A DNA stretch of 42,374 nucleotides. Origin: Craspedostauros australis (lineage: Eukaryota). Positions 32,427 to 42,374 of this stretch are shown here, in pieces. Each line of letters begins with the position of its first letter. The stretch's first letter is position 1. Made by a program: the position numbers and the translations under genes. The notes below the pieces were generated by a model, which saw only the letters and a program-made list of their open reading frames with translations, was not told where the DNA came from and made no database searches. The DNA lies in NCBI GenBank assembly GCA_030167865.1, contig JALAGF010005534.1:1-42374 (forward strand). Reading direction: 5' to 3'.

Positions 32427-34379
32427 TCACAGCTCTTCCGCCATGTCGTCCCTGTCGCTGTCCGGCGTGATCCACCCGAATCGCTGCGCCACCAGCTTGG
32501 CGACGGCCTTTGCACCGACGGCGCTCAGCTCGATGCAAGCGAACGTCAGCTCCATGGCATTCGGATAGTACAGCGCACCTGATTTCGTGTGGCCATGCAG
32601 GCCATCGGCACCGTCGTACATGAGGAAGTTGACATCGGTCGCCGTGCCTTGGTAGTCCGGCGTGGCGCCACCATGCGGTCCGCCCCACACCTTCTCGGCC
32701 GCGACCTGGACGGATGGCCCAAAATACTTTTGCAGCAGCTCGATGGAGAGGGGCTGGGATGAGAAGATCTTGTAGACGCCATCGGCAAGCCAGGCTATCG
32801 ACGCGATGTCGTTCTCGGCAGGCTTGCCCTTGGGCGTCATGAGGATGCTGCGCGGCAGCTGATCTTGCTCGAGGCCGAACTGTCCTGCCTGCAGCTTGCC
32901 GTCCTTCACGACGGTTGTGACGACCTGCGTGTACGGCCTTGTGACGCCATGCGGCAGAGGCTTGGGCAGGACATCGAATCCTACGTGGCTGTCATCCGTC
33001 GGGATCTTGGACCGGCCTTCGCTGTCCGCGTGCTGGATGAGATCTCCCATCGGCATCGGCATGAGGACGGAATCGTCCACGTGACTGTGGATGAGGAACT
33101 CGATCTGCGCCATGGAGTACGGCGCAGCCAAGATGACAACGTCGTACACTCCCATGAGGTCGGAAGCGTCGTCGTATACTTCGAACCCGGAATGGCTGCC
33201 GATGACCGTGGCAACGCGGTTGGACTTGTGCGAGATGATGTCCGCCTTCTGGCTGCAGGTTTGTTGCCTGTGCTGTTTGGCTTGCTTGAAGGCGCTGGAG
33301 ATGAGGTTTGAGTTGCCACCCGCGAGAGCGAACAGACCTCCGGTCGTGGCGGAGAAGCTGCCCAGACCAGCAATGCCGTTGATCTGAGTGAGGTTCTGAT
33401 GGTAGTTGACGATGTTGATCGCTCCCAGAAGCTCGTCTCGCAATGCGGCGTGCTTGTCCACACCAAAGAAAAGCTGGGCCATCTGGTGCGCAATCCATTG
33501 TGGCAGGGACTTGATGAGGGAGACCGTGCCGTTCCTGCTGAGCAACCCGAGGTCATCGCAGACTTCGTCCAGCGACTTGGTCACGATGTTCTGCCACACA
33601 TCGACTGTCTCCCACATCTCCCTGGGTGACCGGAATGCCTTGCGCGTCGGATCGTCGATGAGATCATGAAGACGCCCGAACGCTGCTTCTGCCGCTGCTG
33701 CCGCCTTGTCGACGGCGTAGAGATCCAGATGGTACCGCTTCATGAGGAGGGACTTGGTTTCGTCCTTCGACATTCCCGTTGACAGCGTGGCAAAGTCATG
33801 ATCGCCCTCGTAGATGCCCATCCCATCGGGGCGGTCGCCAACGTCTGGCTTCACCTCGGTGGACGTGGTGAATGGCTTCACTATCTGCAAGGCCTCATCG
33901 CCTTCGATCATCTCCAGCGCGTACCGGAAGGCCTTGTACATGATGGAGGCTCCGATCTCCACGGTGGTGATGCCGCCATCTCGGCCGCTGTTGGGAATGT
34001 GAACGGCGGAAAGCCGGCTCTCCTGCCACCGCCGTTGCTTGCCCCCCTCCTCGTGGCTGCGATCAAAGTCCCGCATGTCATTGTGGCTGGCACCCAAGGA
34101 CGGCATGGGATCGAAGATGGTGAGGCTGTCAATGTCGCAGGCGTCGCCATCGTACTCCATGAGGTACTTCGTCACGAAGCTTCCTGAAATGCCGCCACCG
34201 ATCACGGCGATGCGCACTGCTTCCTGCTTGTCTTGAGCTGCGTCGCACGATGGCAGGCATGTCGCTGACAGCGTCAAGAGGAGCAGGGCGACGGCGGCTC
34301 GTGTATCGAGGCGTCTGACCTTGCCGCTTGGCAACGAAACGTCACGACGACAACGCGCAGATGGCGAAGGACGCATCAT
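32427..34379 (-). CDS. PCYOX1: Prenylcysteine oxidase / farnesylcysteine lyase (FAD-dependent), secretory pathway
   Basis: Signal peptide; RIAVIGGGISG; VEIGASIM; LFALAGGN; YDVVILAAP; LYYPNAME...IELSAVGAKAVA; C-terminal AEEL. Confidence 0.88.
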   Translation of the reverse strand: MMRPSPSARCRRDVSLPSGKVRRLDTRAAVALLLLTLSATCLPSCDAAQDKQEAVRIAVIGGGISGSFVTKYLMEYDGDACDIDSLTIFDPMPSLGASHNDMRDFDRSHEEGGKQRRWQESRLSAVHIPNSGRDGGITTVEIGASIMYKAFRYALEMIEGDEALQIVKPFTTSTEVKPDVGDRPDGMGIYEGDHDFATLSTGMSKDETKSLLMKRYHLDLYAVDKAAAAAEAAFGRLHDLIDDPTRKAFRSPREMWETVDVWQNIVTKSLDEVCDDLGLLSRNGTVSLIKSLPQWIAHQMAQLFFGVDKHAALRDELLGAINIVNYHQNLTQINGIAGLGSFSATTGGLFALAGGNSNLISSAFKQAKQHRQQTCSQKADIISHKSNRVATVIGSHSGFEVYDDASDLMGVYDVVILAAPYSMAQIEFLIHSHVDDSVLMPMPMGDLIQHADSEGRSKIPTDDSHVGFDVLPKPLPHGVTRPYTQVVTTVVKDGKLQAGQFGLEQDQLPRSILMTPKGKPAENDIASIAWLADGVYKIFSSQPLSIELLQKYFGPSVQVAAEKVWGGPHGGATPDYQGTATDVNFLMYDGADGLHGHTKSGALYYPNAMELTFACIELSAVGAKAVAKLVAQRFGWITPDSDRDDMAEEL

Positions 34380-36420
34380 GATCGCTCTTTCACGGCCGTG
34401 AGCGTGGACTTGGCTTGGGTGGGGGTTGTCAGTGCTGCACTCTGCTCCGTACGCCCTATTAAGCTATAATACTATATTGTACAGCCTATTGCTCTTGGGA
34501 CGTTGTTGATGAACGTGGGCATCCCACTGTGTTGTCAGGTGGGCAAATCACCACACCTGGGTTGTGTGGAAGGAATCAGCGATTGTTTCTGCTACGATTC
34601 TCCCCCACGTTGTTATCTCCGTTCAAATCGTTTCGACAAAGATACTGATGGATGGTGGAATCCATGGAGTCGAATATCTCTGGAGAGAAAGAGTGTTCGC
34701 AAGTACAAGTACGAGCGCAGAAAGCAGCACCGTGCTGTGTCTTGCATTGTGCGGCATCGGGAGGCTGCAAGGATCCCGCCACGCCAATTGAAATAGTCGT
34801 AGCTCATGGAGCACCAGCGCTCTCCAGAGGCAGAGCAGCAACGGATAGCGCGTCCGCAGCAGATGAGGTGACACCGGCCGCTCCATTCTGCATCCCGGAA
34901 TGCGAAAGTGCTTCATTGGTGACCACAGAGACCTGATGAAGCGCAGCGCATCAAGGCCCAAGCAGAAGTCTTGCATCCATCAACTTGCGACGCCCCCCGA
35001 ATGGAAGACGACGCGGAAGCAATGATGTGCGCTAGGCGGAGTGAGTGAACCTTGTTCTGTTGGTGCAATGTTTGCATTGGAACAATGGCGCGCTTGCTCT
35101 ACGTGTTCGTACAAGCAGCCAAACGCGACGCTGTTTGCAGGCTTGGTTGTTTTGAGAGATCCATCTCCATGAATCCTGGGTGCTGCTTTCGTTGCGGTAC
35201 TTATTGGCACGCCCTTTCGCTCGAAGATTCCTGCTTACTCACAGGATGCTTACCTGTTAGTCATCAGGATGGGTCCGCTTCCCGCCGGAGTAATCTCGCC
35301 GACAGCATACAAACTGCGAGCAGAGTAGAACAGAACAGAGCGGAGCTGAGCGCTCCGAGTCTAATTGTCGCGTCGCCAGTACCACCTATCGATCACAGTA
35401 TGAACGATTGCATACATCGCAACCGTGACACAGCTCGAAGACAATGCCAATCGCAAGATCAAGGATGGCGCAACAGACAAAATAGCTGGTGATTCCAACG
35501 ATGGTCACAAGCGAAGTCATGCAAACATGGAATACAGCATACCATTGTATTATTACGACATCTCGCGAGCGTCGTCGGCTTCTTGCCGGTTGGTGAGATC
35601 GGAATCAAAAGGCGGAAGGAAGGCAAAAAACCGCCGTCCTGGTGGTCATCTTGGTTGTTGGCTGGTGAAGTCTTGGTCATCGGCATAGATGTTGTGCCGA
35701 ACCCGTCGGATCCTCCCAATCCCGCCAATCGGTGGTCAGCGATCTCGACACATTTGTTCCGTGATTGGGTCTTTGGTGCAGTTTCCGGAGCGTCTTGTTG
35801 CGACACAGGAACGCAATTGATAGTTGTGTTGTGGCTGTGTCACACCTCCCAGAGAATCAGAGGCAAAAACAACTCGAACAATAAATCACAAAAGATTGTT
35901 CTCCACACACAAGGCCATTCACAACAAGGGAAGGAGCGAAGGACGGAACAAACCACCCGCTCATCTCCATTCCAAAGTGTGATTGCACCAATGACCACAA
36001 TGCCGCTTTGATTGTCCCACCCGCATTTGATACCTGTCGTGCGAAGTTGCGACAGCCAAACTGCCGATTGGTGTACTGCTTCAGCCACTCGAGCCGCTGT
36101 TGCCTTCTGGCGATGGTGGCAGCGACTTGGAGGGCTTTTTGCGCGATCCGCATAGGGGTTGGCTGTTGCTGCGCAGTCATGGTGCATCGATTGGCGCTCT
36201 CGAAGACTGCACGGTTTGTTGATCCCAGGGCGTGTGCAGTGGCATGTGATGCGTCTTTTCTTTGGCGTGCCGCTGTGGGTGGGCCCGATCCTTTGCCTCG
36301 GGACATCCATCCTCTCACAAAATCAAAAAGCCAGCAACCAATCAAGCTCACAAAACCGGAACCGAAACAAGCAATCAACCAAGCTCACAAAAAACAACCA
36401 CAAACAAAAAATCATCAACC

Positions 36421-37936
36421 ATGAAGACTAGCCTCATCCTTTTCCTCTCCGCCGTCGCCTCCACCCAGGCATGCCCATACCTTGGATACACGGCTGGCGG
36501 CGACAACCCGCACGACAACGATGCTGCGGCTCCTTGTGATGACGGCGCTGCGGCCGCACCCGACACCGATCTTCGTCGCGGTCGACACTTGCAACGACCA
36601 CGTGGCGGTCAACCTCGTGATGGACGTGAGCCTCGTGATGGACGTGAGCCTCGTGATGGACGTGAACCTCGTGATGGACGTGAGCCTCGTGATGGACGTG
36701 ACGACCCCTCTGCGCCCGACAACAACCCTCCAGATACACCAGTGAATGACGCAGAGGTCTTCCAGAACCCCAGGGCAGCCGTTGACGCTCTAAAGGCAGA
36801 AGTTGCTGGCATGGTCCGCGACAGCGGCCGTCTCGGCCCACAGCTCGTCCGCCTTGGTTTCCACGATTGCGTGGACCAGTGCGATGGGTGCGTAGACTTG
36901 GAACAAAGCGACAACGATGGCCTGGCTGGCCCCATCGCTGATCTGCGCCCTTTGGTCGTCAAGTACGGACAATTCTTGAGCCGCACCGATGTGTGGGCCT
37001 TGGCAGCCTTGACGGCAGCCGAGACCATGCAACCAGATGGGCAACGTCTCGAGTACGAGTTCAACTTCTACGGCCGCCCAACCTGCGAGGAGCTCGGAGA
37101 TGCCGCGGACAATGAGACAAGCGGCCCAGTTCGCCGACTGCCTGGGCCACATCTCAACACCGAAGGCTTGGTGCAATACTTCTCGGACCATTTCAATTTC
37201 AGCGAAGACGAGACTGTGGCCATCATGGGAGCGCACACACTGTAAGTCCATCGCATCAGAACAAATGCTTCCATCCATGCTTCTATGCATCTTCTCCAAG
37301 TCGTAGCGCCATTGCGCAATCGCTGAGATGCTCTCTCCTTCACTTCCCTCCGCACCTGTTCTCAATCTCACGCACACTCTCTTTCATTTCTCTTTGACCT
37401 TCGCATCATCTTTTGAACACCGAATGGGTCAATCGTATGCCATCCGCAACGTGGAATACAACAACACCTCGATCTGCAGTGGCCGATTGAACGAGGGCAA
37501 CTCCGGCTTCCCCAACGGTCGCTGGGTCCCAAACGATACCACGCTGGACAACGAATTCTTCCGCCGCGTGCTGAATGGAGACTTCAACGCGGACGAAACT
37601 GGTGGCGGTGACGCTTTCTGGCGCTTCGGTCGCACCCGCCGACAGGGCACCCGTGGCTTGCAGCGCGGCGGTGCCATCTTCTTGAATGCCGATCTCGCGC
37701 TCGCCTACGACTTTGGCGACGACATCGACGAGGACGGCGTTGTGACCTGCAACTTCGCCGGCACCAACGAGAATCTGGGGCAAACCAACTGCGGCGTTGC
37801 CGAAACGAGAGCCAAGCTGGAGGAGTACGTCGGCAACCAAGCGCTCTGGCTGGAGGATTTCCGTGATGCATTCGTCAAGATGATGCGCAATGGGCACAAC
37901 ACCAACAACTTGAACCTTGTCGATGGCATGAACTAA
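36421..37936 (+). CDS. Secreted heme peroxidase (peroxidase-catalase superfamily, APX-like hybrid), two exons: 36421-37241 and 37480-37936
   Basis: Signal MKTSLILFLSAVASTQA-CPY; distal RLGFHDC..CDGC; SRTDVWALA; proximal GAHTL-GR formed across the GTAAGT (37242)/CAG (37479) junction; W..TTLDNEFF; LNADLAL; FRDAFVKM. Confidence 0.92.
36613..36702 (+). repeat. Coding 18-bp tandem repeat x5 (PRDGRE)
   Basis: CCTCGTGATGGACGTGA[G/A/C] repeated five times. Confidence 0.97.
37242..37479 (+). other. Spliceosomal intron (238 nt, phase 2) in peroxidase
   Basis: GTAAGT...CTGCAG; splicing restores GAHTLGR. Confidence 0.88.
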
Positions 37937-39191
37937 TGTGCTCGTCGACTGGTACCGTCTGTCCACAAGGCTGAACTGGAGCGTGCAAGTGGAAGTGCCG
38001 AAACCGAAGGAGCCCGAATCTACGATTGCTCGCGCAGAGGCACCGGACACCAAAAACAACCAACAACCAACAAACAGAAGTCATAGACATCACACACAAA
38101 CAGCAGACAATACACACTGCACAACAACAGAGAAAACAATAGAAACAGAAACAGAAGCAGCAACAGCAAGAGGAGGCGCAGCAACACAGTGACCTACCTA
38201 CGATTAGACGGAGACTACCAACAGATCTACTCCATACTCACCAGCATCTACGAGTCGGTGCGGTATTGGAATCTGGCGCGAGGACCACTGACCGTTGGTC
38301 AGATCCTTGCCTCTTCGCCATTACATGATAAGAAAATGAAACACACGAATTACCGTTACAAATGTACTGCCTCTGTGTCTCTCTCCCCAGAGACAGAGAG
38401 AACGCTGGTCGATCGTACGGTACAAGTAGTGCACCGGAAATCAACAACCGCCACATACATAGCTCGTACGAGTGCAGCAGTGGCCGTTGTTTTTATCTAT
38501 CGCTCTAGGACTGGTGCACATCTTGTCGTGACGATGAATGCCACTCCTGCTCGTCGAATACCGACGAACACGATAGCTGAGATGGTATGCACCTCATTCA
38601 GCTGGATTCAAGGAGTAAACTGCCTGCTGTTGACCGTATGCGCTTGATCTCAATGTCCTCGCGTTGCGTTTCATCCTGCAGATCGTGCAGTGGGGTCACG
38701 CTCGATGTTCTCTCTGTATGTACTAGCTGCGGAGAATGTAAAATACACCAAACGATAACGCTAGTTGTAGAGTTTTTGGCCCCTTCTGGCCCCTTGTTGC
38801 CACTGGTTTGCTTGCTTTTGGGAGCAACGGCGATTGTACATTTAGAGCTATTTCGTGTTGTCTCCCTATGATCCGTCTTCTACGTCATATGACGGATTCG
38901 ACGTCATGCAAAACCACTCACACCACAAGATGCGAGTGCGTCTCGCAGCACGTGACCCCTGCTCCGCGGCACAACGTGACGGCTGCGCGGCGCACACCAG
39001 TTGCGCTGCAACACAACGCACACCATTCACAACACAAAAATAACGGTCCTCGTGGCAAAAATCACATCACTCATCACAAAACACAAAAAAACTCAAACAC
39101 AACACATCACATCACATCACAATCCTCCATGCCATCAAGCAGACGATGCGCACACCACCATTCGAACCACAGGTGTACCTCACACATATAA

Positions 39192-39221
39192 TACTACTAC
39201 TACTACTACTACTACTACTAC
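39192..39221. repeat. (TAC)10 microsatellite
   Basis: Read directly, just beyond the probable transposase stop. Confidence 0.95.
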
Positions 39222-39230
39222 GATTTGCAG

Positions 39231-42200
39231 CTACACCTCTGCTGTGTTGGCATCCTGCTCTGCTTTGCTGTGATGCTCGGTCTTGCCNNNNNNNNNNNNN
39301 NNNNNNNNNNNNNNNNNNNNNNNNNNNNNNNNNNNNNNNNNNNNNNNNNNNNNNNNNNNNNNNNNNNNNNNNNNNNNNNNNNNNNNNNNNNNNNNNNNNN
39401 NNNNNNNNNNNNNNNNNNNNNNNNNNNNNNNNNNNNNNNNNNNNNNNNNNNNNNNNNNNNNNNNNNNNNNNNNNGCAATGGAATGAGGCTGCTGGTTGTT
39501 CGCAGGTTCGTTTTCAGGCACTGCAGTCCACTGACAGCCATCACCTTGAGGGCATCATTGTACATACCTTTGATGTCAGGCTTGGCGTACTTGAAGCCAG
39601 CTGATTTGCCTTTCTTGCCTGTTGCGGTTGGCTTCTTGGTGGTCGTGTTGGTTGCCTCCTCCTCCTCCTCCTCCAACGCAAAGTCTGTGTGAGACACGGT
39701 AACGCCAATCTCGTTGCCATGCTTGTCAGTTTCAGTGAACGTTTGTTTCCGCACGTTCATGCTCAGTCCCTTGCGCTCCGTCACAAACTCGTCACCTCCT
39801 TTCGCAGCACAAATTGCGTAGGCGATCTGATGGTGGCGAACATACGCGCGCGCGACCTTGTCCAGCCCAAATTGCTCCCAACAGGTTTCGCAAGCACCCC
39901 ACAATGCCTCGGTGGTGAACATGCGACTCCCGTAGTGCTTACCTTGATGTGCTGACACGTGCTTCGACATCGCTGGGAATATCGCATCGTCTTTCACATT
40001 CGTGATGGGAGAATTCGATGGTTGGAATCGGAGGTGCCATCCGCGACTGTCGAACTCCTCATTGATGAACCTGAGTAGTTCCGTGTCTCTGTGTGGCCCC
40101 GCGCCATCCATCTGGTACCGAATCACCACGTTCTTNCCCNTTTCGGCCTTGATTTTGCTGGCGAGCGAATCCAGTGCGGGGAGTTCTTTTTCGCGGAAGA
40201 ATTTCTTGAGGCTGTACTTCGGCTTGGGCTTAACACGATGACCATCTGTTTCCTTGCTGCCCGTGATTTCCAGTGGTTGGAAGTACAGTTCACCCTTCTT
40301 GCGAGAGATTTTCTTGGGATCAGGAAGGTGCTTGTACTGGGTTGCCGAGACCCAAGTTCGCTTGTACGTGGTCTTCTGCGCTCGAGCCATGCGCCCAACA
40401 CGTTCGAAGTTATCCTTATACACCTTTCCTCCGTTCTCAAAGCGGTTGTTTGTTGGGGCGAACGCTGTTGATGCAATCGCCATGGTCTTGTCAATGTGGC
40501 ACTTGTGGTGCACAGGATGGTCAACAGGCTTAACTCCCATCTGGGGCACATGTTTGAGNNNNNNNNNNNNNNNNNNNNNNNNNNNNNNNNNNNNNNNNNN
40601 NNNNNNNNGAACTCCTCATTGATGAACCTGAGTAGTTCCGTGTCTCTGTGTGGCCCCGCGCCATCCATCTGGTACCGAATCACCACGTTCTTACCCATTT
40701 CGGCCTTGATTTTGCTGGCGAGCGAATCCAGTGCGGGGAGTTCTTTTTCGCGGAAGAATTTCTTGAGGCTGTACTTCGGCTTGGGCTTAACACGATGACC
40801 ATCTGTTTCCTTGCTGCCCGTGATTTCCAGTGGTTGGAAGTACAGTTCACCCTTCTTGCGAGAGATTTTCTTGGGATCAGGAAGGTGCTTGTACTGGGTT
40901 GCCGAGACCCAAGTTCGCTTGTACGTGGTCTTCTGCGCTCGAGCCATGCGCCCAACACGTTCGAAGTTATCCTTATACACCTTTCCTCCGTTCTCAAAGC
41001 GGTTGTTTGTTGGGGCGAACGCTGTTGATGCAATCGCCATGGTCTTGTCAATGTGGCACTTGTGGTGCACAGGATGGTCAACAGGCTTAACTCCCATCTG
41101 GGGCACATGTTTGAGATTCTTGCGAGCGACAATGGAGTAGAACCACTTCTCGTCCATGTGGACAACAACAACTTGCGTATTCTGGAACTGCTCCGCTGAT
41201 TCCCAGAACACACAGAAGTCCTTGGCCCAGATCTCGCGCTTCGTCTTGATGATGCCCTTGATCTTGGGGAGCATTGTTGTAGTGCGGTATTCGCTGCCCT
41301 CCAACCCCATCACGTATGTTTGGATGGTGTCTTTGCAGACGCATTGGACGTTGCCCCTTCCTGCTAGTTCGCGTGCAACATCGTCCCACGAGATTGCGCC
41401 ATTGCATCGTTGCAACACATCCTGGAGCTCAAATTGCAGGAACGGACCGCGCTCCAACCACGAATCAGACAGGGCTTTTGCGGATGCCAACTCTTGAGGC
41501 GAAGCAGAGGCAAATGCACAAGAGATGTCATCAGTTGTCAACCGTTGTCTTGGATGTTTAAGCCGCAGTTGTTTCGCAAAGATGGCACGCGGCGTGAAGT
41601 ATTGCTGTTGCTTCTTGGGGCAGGTGAAGATGGTGCTCCCCACGTCGCTGCGCTTCTTCCGTTCCAGCTTGTTCTGTTGGAAATTCTTGATATTCCGGGC
41701 AACAGTGGTGCGGTGAACATCCCAAGCGTGCGCGATCAATTTCGTGTTGGCCGGGACCGCACCCAAATTGAAGTACAGAACGATGTAGCTTTGTAGTTCA
41801 TCTCTGCCAAGTTGTTTCTTTCTATTGATGGTCTTAGTGTTGCTACACCCTCCATCCTTTCGCATCCATCCTTTCACATCCATCCTTTCGTTTTTGCGCC
41901 TTTCTCCATCTGCTTCGTGAGACGGGCGATGGCTGCTGTCCTGTGCTCTCGTGCCAGCTCGAGAAAAGCCGCGATGTTGGCTTCTTGCGATTCCTTGGTA
42001 GTTGGGGATGGTGTGGGGGGCTTAGCCTTGTTGTTGGCACGCGCGGCAGCGACGGAGCGATGCTGGGGAGAAAGGAGGGAAGGCTGAGCAAGGCCACCAG
42101 CAGTGCGAGTCCGTGCGAATGTAGCAAGGCTGTGTGGCGTGCACAGATCCTCACGAACAACATACATTCGGCTCTGCCCCATCACTGGGGTCACCATGAC

Positions 42201-42374
42201 CATTGCCACCTCTCCTGGTGCAAGAGGCCCATCGCGTTTGATTGTAGCGCCGTCCGTGGTCTGCTTCATTGCAAAATCAACATGACATATGCCCAGGTCA
42301 TGGACCCTGCCACTTGCGCTCTGGTGGGGTGCCACCTTCACACAGTCACCAGCGCGCAGCATGCTTGCAAGGTG
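39231..42374 (-). mobile_element. IS630-Tc1-mariner superfamily transposase (plant/oomycete mariner-like, DD38D), frameshifted; element ends not defined
   Basis: HMDEKWFY (D1), YQMDGAGPH (D2), QPSNSPITNVKD (D3); HTH-like IAHAWDVHRTTVARNI and RKKRSDVG. The upstream ORF 42362-41874 joins in frame if one 14-bp repeat unit is removed. The C-terminus is interrupted by the N-gap 39288-39474. Confidence 0.88.
40052..41115. other. ~507-bp duplication flanking a 50-N gap (probable unmerged contig overlap)
   Basis: 40052-40558 equals 40609-41115 apart from two Ns. Collapsing it gives one continuous DDD domain. Confidence 0.85.

Noticed and set aside
34400..36400. Short ORFs between prenylcysteine oxidase and peroxidase
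   Set aside because: No motif or consistent frame; treated as a divergent promoter region.
40052..41115. Apparent second transposase copy
   Set aside because: Identical 507-bp copies flank a 50-N gap; collapsing them restores one ORF.
1..42374. tRNA, rRNA, snRNA, riboswitch, CRISPR or telomeric arrays
   Set aside because: None recognised by eye, and the tandem repeats lack spacers. An Infernal/tRNAscan run would be needed to exclude divergent RNAs.

Overview
Gene-dense eukaryotic nuclear DNA from a draft assembly with three N-gaps. It is most likely a pennate diatom: there are bipartite signal+ASAF-type plastid presequences, RxL propeptide motifs, a VxF...WY...RGLE family gene and GT-AG introns of 238-480 nt. 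The species cannot be fixed from the sequence. About 15 protein genes are supportable: a large secreted Cys-rich/PT-rich/vWA protein (runs off the left end, so it is absent from the ORF track), a ZIFL-like MFS transporter, an aldo-keto reductase, an RGLE-family protein, a Deltex-type E3 with two RING-DTC modules, cytochrome b561, ITPase, ribokinase, a DUF1118/RIQ-like thylakoid protein, a gluconokinase-like kinase, prenylcysteine oxidase, a secreted hybrid heme peroxidase and three probably plastid-targeted hypotheticals. There are two mobile elements: an unannotated ~950-bp non-coding TIR element (4106-5060) and a DD38D Tc1/mariner-type transposase broken by a 14-bp duplication. The best candidates for new biology are the adhesin-like protein (unnamed ~120-aa Cys repeat, bacterial-looking Ca-loop vWA) and the asymmetric tandem Deltex. 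Two gap-flanking duplications are probably assembly artefacts. All translations and alignments were done by eye; no database searches were run.
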